Origin: Spirochaetia bacterium
Lineage (GTDB): Bacteria > Spirochaetota > Spirochaetia > SZUA-6 > Bin103
DNA length: 64,000 nucleotides
Assembly: GCA_965199955.1 (NCBI GenBank)
Contig: CBDATQ010000001.1
Span: 2,293,537-2,357,536 of the forward strand
Reading direction: 5' to 3'
Every line of letters begins with the position of its first letter. Position 1 is the stretch's first letter. The position numbers and the translations under genes are program-made. This document shows, one piece after another, positions 20,530 through 30,037 of the stretch. The notes below the pieces were generated by a model. The model had not been told where the DNA came from, searched no databases, and saw nothing but the letters and a program-made list of their open reading frames with translations.

Positions 20530-23093
20530 TGCGCACGCGCTCGACGCCCCGGCGCATCATCCGCGCCCTGCCGGCGCTGGCCGTCCTGCTCGCCGCCGTG
20601 CCGGGCACCGCGCAGCAGCCGGAGCAGCAGTCCGAACAACCGGCACGAGTCTGGTATTTCGGCAAGCCGATCAGAACGGTGGAGTTCCTCGGCCTGGAGA
20701 CGGTCGACGAAGCCGAGCTTCGCCCGATCGTGGACCCGTACCTAGGGCAACCCTTCGAGTTGGAACTGTATCTCGAGATGGAGGGCGCGCTGTACGCGAC
20801 GGAGCTGTTCGAACGTCTAGAGGCGGACGCCGAAGAGGGGGACGAGCAGGGATCGACGGTCATCGTACTCCTGTCGGTGCGGGAGCGGCCGACCATCGAC
20901 GACATCGTCATCGAGGGCGAGCGCCGGATCCGGGAAGGACAGATACTGAACGTGATGGCGTCCGAAGCGGATACGATCCTGAACTCCGGCCGGCTCGAGG
21001 AGGATCTGGACGCGATCCGGAACCTGTACGAGGCGGACGGGTTCGTCAGCGCTCGGGTCGAGGCCACAGTCGTCCCTGACGCGGCCGCCAATCGCGTCAC
21101 CGTGCGCATCTCCATCACGGAAGGCATCCGCACCACCGTGGTCGCGATCGACTTCGTGGGCAACGAGTTCGCCTCGGCAGGCACCCTGCGGAGCCAGATG
21201 GAGACCCGGGAACGGGCACTGCTACAACGCGGTCTGTTCTCCGAACGCGCCTTTCAGCGAGATCTCGAGAGCCTGATCTCTTACTACCGGAGCAACGGGT
21301 ACGTGGACGCCTCCATCGACCGGGTCGAGCGCAGCGTCGAGCACGACGCCGACGGAGACCAGGATCTGATCAGCCTCACCCTGCACGTGAGCGAGGGACG
21401 GACGTTCCAGTACGCGGGCACGCGATTCGAGGGCAACAGCGTGTTCACCGACGAAGAGTTGCAGGCGCTCGTGCGCCATCGCCCCGACCGCTCGATCAAC
21501 CTCGATACCGTCGAAGCCGACTTCGCGCGCGTGCAGGACCTCTATTACGAGAACGGCTACATCTTCAACGGCTTCGATCAGGAGCTGATCCGCGACGACG
21601 ATCAGGGAAAGATCCTGGTGGAGGTCACCATCACCGAGCGCGACGGCGCCCACATCGAGAACATCACCATCGAAGGCAACGTCAAGACGCAGGAGCACGT
21701 GCTGCGCCGAGAGCTGCCGTTCGAGGTCGGCGACGTGTTCAACCGCACCGAGATCGTCCGCGGTCTGCAGAACCTGTACAACCTGCAGTACTTCACGTCC
21801 GTGGAGCCGGGCACCCCCCCCGGCAGCGCACCGGGCCTGATGGACGTGCAGATCACCGTGGAAGAGGGCACGACCGCGGACATCGGCTTCGGAGCCACCT
21901 TTTCCGGCGGCGACTTCCCGCTCTCGGGCTTCGTGCGCTGGTCCGAGCGGAACTTCAGCGGACTTGGGCAGACGGTCAGCGTGGACCTGTCGGCGTCTCA
22001 ACTCCGTCAGGCGCTGTCGCTGGGCTTCCGCGAGCCCTGGCTCCTCGGTCAACCGTGGTCCGCGGGGATCACCCTGGGCGGCGAGCATTCCGTGGTCCGC
22101 GGCGTCGCGCAGGACATACTCCACCCGGTGTTCACCGACGCCGAGTCGGAGCAGGCCGTGCCCGACCCCTACGTCTCCAAGGACGACTACAGTTCCGGCA
22201 CGTTGATCCCGGACCAGTACACCATGCAGTACGACACGTTCGCGATCTCGGCGGAGGTCTCCAGCGGCTACCGGTTCGACACCCTGCTCGGCCGCGTCAT
22301 CGTGCGGGGCGGATTCGGCTCCAGCCTCGAGTTCCTGGTCTACGACCCACAGGTCAACCGGCCCTTCGACCAGACGATCCGCGACCAGTTCGAGCGCTGG
22401 AGCGTGGTCAACAGCCTCTGGACGGGCGTGGCATGGGACCGGCGCGACTTCTTCCTGAATCCCACCGCCGGGACGCTGCTGAGCCAGCGCGTCACCCTGA
22501 CCGGTGGGCCGCTGTCCGGAGACCGGCACTTCATCGTCCTCGATAGCCAGGCCGAAGCCTTCGCCACGCTGTTCGAGCTACCGGTGTCCGACGTGTTCGA
22601 CCTGAGAGTCGTGCTCGCCGGCCACACCGGCTTCTCCGTGATCCTTCCCCAGCTCCGCAGTTGCGGCGCCGTCAACGACGGCGATCCGGGACTGTGCTGG
22701 GACCAGGTTCTGGGTCAGGAAGACCTTCTGATCATCGATGGAACCAGCGTGGGCCGGGGGTGGGAGCCGGTGCTCGACGGCGAGGCGCTGTGGGACAACA
22801 AGCTGGAGCTGCGGGTGCCGATCGATCCCCAGATCATCTGGGGCGTCGTGTTCCTGGACGCCGCCCTGCTGTGGGACGACCGCGGCGCCATCGGCAACAC
22901 GTCGCTCGACGACGTTCACTTCAGCGCCGGCTTCGGCCTTCGCTTCGCGGTGCCGCAATTGCCGTTGCGGCTCTACCTCGCCAAGCCGTTCGCGTTCCAG
23001 GACGGCCGACTCGGTGACCCGCCCGGCACCCAAAGCAGCGGCCCGCTGGGTGGCATGAATCTCGTCCTGGGACTCGGCGGCGACACGTTCTGA
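20529..23093 (+). CDS. bamA: Outer membrane protein assembly factor BamA
   Basis: Signal peptide, POTRA repeats (IEGNVKTQEHVLRRE), ERNFSGLGQ, GFGLRF..PLRL, C-terminal Phe. Confidence 0.95.
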   Translation: MRTRSTPRRIIRALPALAVLLAAVPGTAQQPEQQSEQPARVWYFGKPIRTVEFLGLETVDEAELRPIVDPYLGQPFELELYLEMEGALYATELFERLEADAEEGDEQGSTVIVLLSVRERPTIDDIVIEGERRIREGQILNVMASEADTILNSGRLEEDLDAIRNLYEADGFVSARVEATVVPDAAANRVTVRISITEGIRTTVVAIDFVGNEFASAGTLRSQMETRERALLQRGLFSERAFQRDLESLISYYRSNGYVDASIDRVERSVEHDADGDQDLISLTLHVSEGRTFQYAGTRFEGNSVFTDEELQALVRHRPDRSINLDTVEADFARVQDLYYENGYIFNGFDQELIRDDDQGKILVEVTITERDGAHIENITIEGNVKTQEHVLRRELPFEVGDVFNRTEIVRGLQNLYNLQYFTSVEPGTPPGSAPGLMDVQITVEEGTTADIGFGATFSGGDFPLSGFVRWSERNFSGLGQTVSVDLSASQLRQALSLGFREPWLLGQPWSAGITLGGEHSVVRGVAQDILHPVFTDAESEQAVPDPYVSKDDYSSGTLIPDQYTMQYDTFAISAEVSSGYRFDTLLGRVIVRGGFGSSLEFLVYDPQVNRPFDQTIRDQFERWSVVNSLWTGVAWDRRDFFLNPTAGTLLSQRVTLTGGPLSGDRHFIVLDSQAEAFATLFELPVSDVFDLRVVLAGHTGFSVILPQLRSCGAVNDGDPGLCWDQVLGQEDLLIIDGTSVGRGWEPVLDGEALWDNKLELRVPIDPQIIWGVVFLDAALLWDDRGAIGNTSLDDVHFSAGFGLRFAVPQLPLRLYLAKPFAFQDGRLGDPPGTQSSGPLGGMNLVLGLGGDTF

Positions 23094-23176
23094 GGCAGGT
23101 TCCCGGCGGTCCTCGGGCGGGCGTCGCCACGCTGGCCGGAGCGGCTCGGATGATGATGCGCAAACGGCGAGGACAG

Positions 23177-23704
23177 ATGCGCGTTGCGGCGTGTGCCCTC
23201 GTCGCCGCCCTGCTGGCGCTGCCGGCTCCCGCGACCGCCCAGGAGTTGATCACCCGCATGGGCGTCGTCGATCTCGACAGGATCGTGCGCGCCTTCTACC
23301 TCGAGTCGGAAGCATTCCGGGCCTACCAGGCACGGCGTGCAGAAGTCATCGCCGAGCGAGAGGAAGTCGAAGATGAGATCCACATCCTGGAGCTGGATCT
23401 CATCCGCGCACGGCAGGACGGGAGCCGCAGTCTGGCGCTGAGGCTCGAACAGCAGGTCTTCGACATGAAGGATCACCTGTCGCAGTACGTGCGCGTGATG
23501 AACGACCGACTGCAACGCATGTACCAAGACCTGACGACATCGGACCTGTTCATCGGCGAGCTGGCGGACGCGCTCCGATACGTGGCAGAGGAGCTTGGCT
23601 ACACGGTGATTCTTGACACCGACGACGTGCTGCACTGGGATACCGACGTCGACCTGACCGACGAGGTCATAGCTGAGCTTGCCCGGCGAGCCGCCCGACG
23701 CTAG
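23177..23704 (+). CDS. skp: OmpH/Skp periplasmic chaperone
   Basis: Signal peptide, GVVDLDRI, coiled coil, C-terminal DLTDEVI. Confidence 0.9.
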   Translation: MRVAACALVAALLALPAPATAQELITRMGVVDLDRIVRAFYLESEAFRAYQARRAEVIAEREEVEDEIHILELDLIRARQDGSRSLALRLEQQVFDMKDHLSQYVRVMNDRLQRMYQDLTTSDLFIGELADALRYVAEELGYTVILDTDDVLHWDTDVDLTDEVIAELARRAARR

Positions 23705-23805
23705 CGCCCCAATATCGTCGCCGTAAGCTCCGCTATTGGCCCATCCCACCTTTCGCCACCGCCACCGTCGGATATGTCGCTGACGCGCCACATCCGACAG
23801 ACTCG
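23705..23805. repeat. ~100-bp dispersed two-hairpin repeat, copy 2 (inverted relative to copy 1)
   Basis: Reverse complement aligns to 8702-8803; TAG at 23702-23704 and 23806-23808. Confidence 0.9.
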
Positions 23806-24220
23806 TAGCGCCCGGGGGCGGCTCCTGGGCGTGGATCTGGGTACGCGGCGCATCGGCCTGGCCCTGTCGGATCCCGCTGGGGTCATCGCCTCTCCGCTGG
23901 CGACCTTGCCGGCCACGACCGAAGCGGCGCTGCTCGACGAACTCCTTGGCACCTGCGGCGAACACGAGGTTCGGCTGATCGTGATCGGGCATCCGGTTCG
24001 CACCGACGGCACGCCGACGCCGCTCGGCGTGCGCGCCGAACGGCTTGCGGAGAAGCTGACCGCCGGCGGGATCCCCGCCTGCACGTGGGACGAGCAGTTC
24101 ACCAGCCGCGCCGCAGCCACCGCGATCGGTCGCCGGAGGCGCCAGGGCGACCGCGGCCGGATAGACCGCATGGCGGCCGCACTCATGCTGCAGGACTACC
24201 TCGAGCACGGGTACGCTTGA
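23774..24220 (+). CDS. ruvX: YqgF/RuvX pre-16S rRNA nuclease
   Basis: LLGVDLGTRRIGLALSD, WDEQFTS, DRMAAALMLQDYL. Confidence 0.93.
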   Translation: MSLTRHIRQTRSARGRLLGVDLGTRRIGLALSDPAGVIASPLATLPATTEAALLDELLGTCGEHEVRLIVIGHPVRTDGTPTPLGVRAERLAEKLTAGGIPACTWDEQFTSRAAATAIGRRRRQGDRGRIDRMAAALMLQDYLEHGYA

Positions 24221-24225
24221 AGCGG

Positions 24226-26823
24226 ATGAGCGGACGGACCCCCATGATGGGGCAGTATCTGCGTCTGAAGGCGTCGCAGCCGGGTGCGATCCTGTTCTTT
24301 CGGCTCGGGGACTTCTACGAGATGTTCGCGGAGGATGCGGAGCAGGCCGCGCCGATCCTGGACATCGCGCTCACAAAACGTAACGGCGTGCCGATGTGCG
24401 GCGTTCCCCATCGCGCCGCGCAGACCTACCTGACGAAGCTGCTGCGGGCCGGACGCAAGGTGGCTATCTGCGAGCAGGTCGGGCTTCCCGAGGGCGGGCT
24501 GACCGAGCGGCGGGTCGTAGAAGTGGTCACCCCGGGAACGATCGTCGACGAGCGCCTGCTCGACCACGCCAGCAACAACTACCTGGCGGCGCTGGCCGAC
24601 GGCGGCGCGGCCCTGGCGCTGGCGTGGGCCGATCTTTCCACCGGCGAACTGCGAGCCACCCGCTTGCCGCCCAGCCAGACGGAGCTGTGGCTGCGCGACC
24701 ACATGCAGCGTCTGGCACCGCGGGAGCTGATCGTCCAGGAGAGCCTGCTGGACGCCGGCTCGCCGGCGGAGCGCGTGCTGGCGGAACGGCCGGACCTGGT
24801 GCTCAACCGATATCCGGACTGGCACTTCGACGCCGACGGAAACCACGAGATCCTGTGCCGCCAGTTCGGCGTGATCGACCTGCGCTCGTTCGGACTGGGG
24901 CGGACGGACGCGGAAGTGCGGGCCGCCGGCGCTCTGGTAGGTTTCATCCGGCAGCACGCCCTGCACGATGCTCCCCACCTCGACGACCTCGTCGTGGAGG
25001 CGGTCGACGCACATCTCCGCATCGACGAGCCCACGCAACGCAATCTGGAGCTCACCGCCAATCTCCTCGACGGCGGTCGCGAGCACACCCTGCTCGCGAC
25101 CCTGGATCGCACGCGGACGGCGGTCGGCGCACGGCTGCTTCGTCGGTCGATCCTGGCGCCAGAGCGCGATCGGGACTCGATCGAACGCCGCCTCGACGAC
25201 GTGGAAGCGCTGTTCCGCGACCAGGTACTGCTGTCCCGCTTGCGCGCGGAGCTGGACCGCTTTCGGGATCTCGAGCGGCTGACGGCGCGCATCTCCATGG
25301 GCCGTTCCGACGCGCGCGAGCTGCTGGCGATCCGCACCTGCCTGCAGTGCGCGCTCACCGTCACCGAGCTCCTGACCGACTGCGTTCCCCGGCTGGCCGC
25401 GGCACTCCGCGCTCACGACCAAGACCTCCGGCCGCTGCTCGAAGCCCTGCTCGAAGCCCTGTGCGACACGCCCGGGGGCACGGCGTTCCGGGCCGGACAC
25501 TCGGCGGACCTGGACCGCCGGCAGGACGCGGCCGAGGCGGCCGAGCGGGAACTTGCGCAGTACACGGACGAGGTGCGGACGGAAACCGGCATCGCGTCGG
25601 TGCGGCTGAAGCACAACCGCGTGCTCGGCTATTTCTTTGACATCACCAGACCGAACCTGAGCCGAGTGCCCGACCACTTCATCCGCAGGCAGAGCCTTGC
25701 CAACTCGGAACGCTTCACGACCGAACGGCTCATGGACCTGGACGCCCGCATCGGACGGGCGCAGGCTGACCGTGAGGAGTTGGAGCGGGCGGGCCTCGTC
25801 GCGCTGTGGCAACGGGTCGCCGGGCAGTCGGCAGCGCTGCTCCGACGGGCCGCCGCGGTCGCGGAGATCGACTTGGTGCAGTCACTGGCGCAGGCTGCCA
25901 CCGAGCTCGGCTACACCCGTCCGACGTTCGTAGACGAGGACGTCCTGGAGATCCGCGGCGGCCGGCATCCGGTGGTGGAGGCAGCCTTGCCGGGCGGGAC
26001 CTTCATCCCGAACGGGATCGACCTGGGGACCTCGGAGAGGGTCGTGCTGCTGACGGGACCCAACATGGCCGGCAAGTCCACCTATCTGCGGCAGGCGGCC
26101 CTGATCGCGATCATGAGCCACGTCGGCTCGTTCGTGCCCGCCGAGCAGGCCCGCCTCGGAGTCGTCGACGCCGTTTATTGTCGGGTCGGTGCAAGCGACA
26201 ACATCGCACGCGGGGAATCGACGTTCCTGGTGGAGATGGCCGAAACGGCGCGCATACTGCGCCTGGCGCGCCCGACCAGCCTGGTGATCATGGATGAGAT
26301 CGGCCGGGGAACCGGCAGCGACGACGGGCTGGCGATCGCCCGTGCCGTACTGGAGCATCTGCTTGCCACCGTGCACGCCAAGACGCTGTTCGCCACCCAC
26401 TTCCGGGAACTGACGGCACTGGAGCATCCCCGGCTCGTGAACCGGTCGATGGCCGTCATGGAGCGCGACGGCGACGTCGTGTTCCTGAAGACGGTGGTGG
26501 ACGGGCCGGCCGACCGCTCGCACGGTATCCACGTCGCGCGCATGGCCGGGATCCCGGGCAGCGTCAGCGATCTGGCCGCACGGTATCTCGAAGACTCGCT
26601 GGGGGCGGGCCGCGCGCGGCCGACAGGAATCCCCGCGCAGACCGAGGCACCGTCGCAACCGCCTCTGTTCGACGCCCCTCATCCTGACGGCCGGCCGTCA
26701 GGCGGCCGGGAGCCGGTGCGCGGGGCTGCCGTCATCGACGAATTGCTCCGGCTGGACCTGGGCATCCTGCGCCCGATCGACGCGCTCAACCTTCTGCACG
26801 AGTGGCAGCGGCGCGTCCGGTGA
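24226..26823 (+). CDS. mutS: DNA mismatch repair protein MutS
   Basis: TPMMGQY, FFRLGDFYEMF, TGPNMAGKSTYLRQ, MDEIGRGT, FATHF. Confidence 0.98.
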   Translation: MSGRTPMMGQYLRLKASQPGAILFFRLGDFYEMFAEDAEQAAPILDIALTKRNGVPMCGVPHRAAQTYLTKLLRAGRKVAICEQVGLPEGGLTERRVVEVVTPGTIVDERLLDHASNNYLAALADGGAALALAWADLSTGELRATRLPPSQTELWLRDHMQRLAPRELIVQESLLDAGSPAERVLAERPDLVLNRYPDWHFDADGNHEILCRQFGVIDLRSFGLGRTDAEVRAAGALVGFIRQHALHDAPHLDDLVVEAVDAHLRIDEPTQRNLELTANLLDGGREHTLLATLDRTRTAVGARLLRRSILAPERDRDSIERRLDDVEALFRDQVLLSRLRAELDRFRDLERLTARISMGRSDARELLAIRTCLQCALTVTELLTDCVPRLAAALRAHDQDLRPLLEALLEALCDTPGGTAFRAGHSADLDRRQDAAEAAERELAQYTDEVRTETGIASVRLKHNRVLGYFFDITRPNLSRVPDHFIRRQSLANSERFTTERLMDLDARIGRAQADREELERAGLVALWQRVAGQSAALLRRAAAVAEIDLVQSLAQAATELGYTRPTFVDEDVLEIRGGRHPVVEAALPGGTFIPNGIDLGTSERVVLLTGPNMAGKSTYLRQAALIAIMSHVGSFVPAEQARLGVVDAVYCRVGASDNIARGESTFLVEMAETARILRLARPTSLVIMDEIGRGTGSDDGLAIARAVLEHLLATVHAKTLFATHFRELTALEHPRLVNRSMAVMERDGDVVFLKTVVDGPADRSHGIHVARMAGIPGSVSDLAARYLEDSLGAGRARPTGIPAQTEAPSQPPLFDAPHPDGRPSGGREPVRGAAVIDELLRLDLGILRPIDALNLLHEWQRRVR

Positions 26824-27542
26824 ACGGCACCGCGGCATGCGGCTCCGCGCTGCGAGCGCTGATCACGCACGCGCTCATGGAACGTTGCCTGGCATGCGGC
26901 GCTGCGCTGACGTGCGCCGGCGACTACCGCGCTCCCGTGTGCGCTGCCTGCCGGTCGCGGCTGGAGGTGATCACGGGACGCCGGTGCCTCACGTGCAGCC
27001 GCCAGCTCATGTCGGAGACGAACCGGTGCACCCGGTGCCGGAACCGGGACTACGCGTTCGCGTCCAACACATCGCTTCTCGCCTATACCGGCGCGACCCG
27101 GCGCCTGCTGTACCACTACAAGTTCAAGGCGCGAACGCGGCTGGCCGACCTGTTCGCCTGCGCCCTGGACTCTGCCGGGCTCGTGGCGGGCGACAGTCAC
27201 GTCATCCCGGTCCCGGCTCGACCGCGAAGCCCGGTGCACCGGACGTCGACGAGATTCGACCAGACCGGACTGATCGCGCGCAGTCTGCGCCGCCGGACGG
27301 GTTGCACCGTCCACAACGCCCTCCGCCGCAACACGGGGCCGCCCCAGAAGCGGCTCGACTACGATGCGCGATCGCGTAACGTCGCCGGCCGCATCCGTCC
27401 CGCCACCACCCGGCCGCTGCCGGAACGGGTCATACTGCTGGACGACGTGTTCACGACGGGAGCGACCGCGCATGAATGTGCTCTGGTGCTGGCGCGCTGT
27501 GGGGTGCGGGAAACCCGCGTGGTGACCGTCGCGCTGGGCTGA
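26820..27542 (+). CDS. comF: ComF family protein (zinc ribbon + PRT domain)
   Basis: Four CxxC motifs and LLDDVFTTGAT. Confidence 0.9.
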   Translation: MNGTAACGSALRALITHALMERCLACGAALTCAGDYRAPVCAACRSRLEVITGRRCLTCSRQLMSETNRCTRCRNRDYAFASNTSLLAYTGATRRLLYHYKFKARTRLADLFACALDSAGLVAGDSHVIPVPARPRSPVHRTSTRFDQTGLIARSLRRRTGCTVHNALRRNTGPPQKRLDYDARSRNVAGRIRPATTRPLPERVILLDDVFTTGATAHECALVLARCGVRETRVVTVALG

Positions 27543-27567
27543 GCCGCCGCTCCGTTACCCCCCGGCC

Positions 27568-27597
27568 TTGACCGGCTCGCCCGATCCGCTCTACCTT
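27568..27597 (+). promoter_or_regulatory. Putative sigma70 promoter of rimP-nusA-infB
   Basis: TTGACC-N18-TACCTT. Confidence 0.55.
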
Positions 27598-27652
27598 GAT
27601 CATGCGCCGGGAAGCCGCGCGGAGCGGTGATTCTGGCAGGATTGTATCGGTG

Positions 27653-27679
27653 GGAGTCGATGGGTTCGACTCCTTTTTT
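27653..27679 (+). terminator. Intrinsic terminator/attenuator in the rimP leader
   Basis: GGAGTCGA-TGGGT-TCGACTCC hairpin followed by TTTTTT. Confidence 0.85.
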
Positions 27680-27753
27680 GTGCCTGAGGCGGTGGCGTGG
27701 GTCGCGGGACTCGCGTCGGCCTCGTAGTCCGGATTGTCCGGGGAGGTGACAGG

Positions 27754-28365
27754 TTGTCCGGGGAGGTGAGGAACGGCGCCGGTCAGTACGGCGCCGGCGG
27801 CGATCGCGACGCGGCAGCGGCCGCCTCGCCGTCCGTTGCGGAACCTGCGGCGCGACAGCACGACGGCGTGCGGTTGAGCGGCTTCGCCGAGCAGGTCCGC
27901 TCGGAAGTGGAGCCGGCGGTACGTTCGTACGGCTTTGCCCTGGTGGAGCTGGACGCCGCACGCCTCGCGCGGCGCAGCTTGGTCCGCCTGGTGGTGTACC
28001 GGGCCGGCGCGATGACGGTGGACGACTGCGCGGAGCTGGCGCGGGCCGTGCGCTATCGGCTGGCACTGGTGCCCGGCGCCGAAGACGCCCGGCTGGAGGT
28101 GAGTACGCCCGGGACCGAGCGCCAGCTCAAGTCGCCGCACGAGTACGCGATCTTCCGCGGACGGACGGTGGCGGTACTGGTGGGTGACGACTGGGTGCGG
28201 GGCGTCATCCTGTCGGCCGAAGACGGTATAGTAACGCTTCACACCGGCACGGCAGAGCAAGAGATCGAGACAGGACGGATCAGGAAGGGACGGTTGAGCG
28301 AAGACATGATTGACCGAAGCAATCACGACGGACCTGGGGACGGGGACCGAAACGATGTCCAGTGA
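27754..28365 (+). CDS. rimP: Ribosome maturation factor RimP
   Basis: MTVDDCAEL, LEVSTPGTERQL; upstream of nusA; TTG start 7 nt after GGAGG. Confidence 0.9.
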   Translation: MSGEVRNGAGQYGAGGDRDAAAAASPSVAEPAARQHDGVRLSGFAEQVRSEVEPAVRSYGFALVELDAARLARRSLVRLVVYRAGAMTVDDCAELARAVRYRLALVPGAEDARLEVSTPGTERQLKSPHEYAIFRGRTVAVLVGDDWVRGVILSAEDGIVTLHTGTAEQEIETGRIRKGRLSEDMIDRSNHDGPGDGDRNDVQ

Positions 28366-30019
28366 GATGGCGTTGGCGATCCGCCAACTGGTACAGGACC
28401 GCGGCATCTCCGAGGACCTGATCGTCAAGACGGTCGAGGACGTGCTGCTCGCAGCCTACAAGCGCCGATTCGGCACGTCCGAGAACGCCGTCATCCGCTT
28501 CAACGATGACGCCACCGATGTCACCATCTTTGCGCAGAAGCGCATCGTCGCCGTGGTTGACGACCGGGTCACGGAGATCGGGCTGCAGGACGCGCTGGGT
28601 TACGACGACCAGGCGGAGATCGGCGACGAGCTGCTGATCGAGATCAATCCGCGCGACTTCGATCGCGTCTCCATCCAGAGCGCCAAGCAGCGCGCTCGAC
28701 AGACGCTTCGCGAGATCCAGAAGGACACGCTGTACTCGGAGTATGAGGACAAGGTCGGTGAGATGATCATCGGATACCACCAGCGCGAGCGGAACGGCGC
28801 CATCTTCGTCGATCTGGGCAAGGCGGAAGGCATCATGCCGCGAAAGTACCAGAGCCCGCGGGAGGTCTATCGGCCGAACGACCGCATCCGCGCCCTCATC
28901 TACGAAGTGGAGAAGACCCCCACCGGCCTGCAGATCATCCTGTCGCGCACGCACACGCAGTTCGTGCGCAAGATCTTCGAGCTCGAGGTGCCGGAGATCT
29001 ACGATGGCACGATCGAGATCTACAAGATGGTCCGGGAGCCCGGCTACCGAACCAAGATGGCCGTGTACTCCACCCGCGATGACGTGGATCCGGTCGGCGC
29101 CTGCGTCGGCATGCGTGGCGCGCGCATCCAGGCGGTCGTCCGGGAGCTGGAAGGCGAGAAGATCGACGTTCTGAAGTATGATCCCGATCCTGCCGTGTTC
29201 ATCAGGAACGCCTTGCAGCCGGCCGAGGTCGAAGAAGTGATCATCGTGGACGACGCGACACGGCATGCCCTGGCCGTCGTCCACGATGGTCAATTCTCGC
29301 TCGCCATCGGCCGCCAGGGACTGAATGTCCGGCTCGCGAACCGCTTGGTGGACTGGAACATCGACGTCAAGACCCGCGCCCAGGTCGCGGACATGGATCT
29401 GGGCGGAGAGCAGAAACGGGAAGCGGCGGCGCTGTTCTCGGAAGACGAGGCGCAGGAGATCGACCTCATCTCGGAGCTGCCGGGAGTTCCCGAACGCATC
29501 GCGGCGGCATTGGCCGAGCAGGGCATAGAACGCATCGAGGATCTGGTCGAAATGTCCGATGACCAGCTTGCAGCCACCCGCGGCCTGACCTCCGAGGACA
29601 TTTCGACGATCCGCAACCTTCTCGACGAGACGGTGGAGATCGTCGAAGAGGACGAGGTGGACCCGGGGGACGAAGCTCCGCCGCCGGCCGATCAGGCCGA
29701 CGTGCCGGTCGCGGAAGCTGCACCAGCCGGCGACGTGGCCGAAGAGGCCGGCGCGGTGGAAGAGGCTGGCGTGGCCGAAGAGATCGACGTGGTGGAAGAG
29801 GTCGAGGAGATCACCGCCGTCTCGGAACTGGGGCTCGAGCAGCGCGTCACCGATGCGCTGGCGGCAGCCGGAGTCCAGGAGGCCGAAGCTCTCATGTCGA
29901 TGTCGGAGACCGAGCTCTCCGGCGTGCCCGGTCTCAGCCCGGACGACGTGGCGGGGATACGGCAACTGCTTGAAGAGAACGTGGTGATCATCGAGGAACC
30001 GCCGGAAGGCGACGAGTAG
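28355..30019 (+). CDS. nusA: Transcription termination factor NusA with acidic C-terminal HhH repeats
   Basis: S1/KH motifs, REPGYRTKMAV, DPVGACVGMRG, SLAIGRQGLNVRLA. Confidence 0.98.
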   Translation: MSSEMALAIRQLVQDRGISEDLIVKTVEDVLLAAYKRRFGTSENAVIRFNDDATDVTIFAQKRIVAVVDDRVTEIGLQDALGYDDQAEIGDELLIEINPRDFDRVSIQSAKQRARQTLREIQKDTLYSEYEDKVGEMIIGYHQRERNGAIFVDLGKAEGIMPRKYQSPREVYRPNDRIRALIYEVEKTPTGLQIILSRTHTQFVRKIFELEVPEIYDGTIEIYKMVREPGYRTKMAVYSTRDDVDPVGACVGMRGARIQAVVRELEGEKIDVLKYDPDPAVFIRNALQPAEVEEVIIVDDATRHALAVVHDGQFSLAIGRQGLNVRLANRLVDWNIDVKTRAQVADMDLGGEQKREAAALFSEDEAQEIDLISELPGVPERIAAALAEQGIERIEDLVEMSDDQLAATRGLTSEDISTIRNLLDETVEIVEEDEVDPGDEAPPPADQADVPVAEAAPAGDVAEEAGAVEEAGVAEEIDVVEEVEEITAVSELGLEQRVTDALAAAGVQEAEALMSMSETELSGVPGLSPDDVAGIRQLLEENVVIIEEPPEGDE

Positions 30020-30037
30020 GGGGCGGACAGCAGAGAC

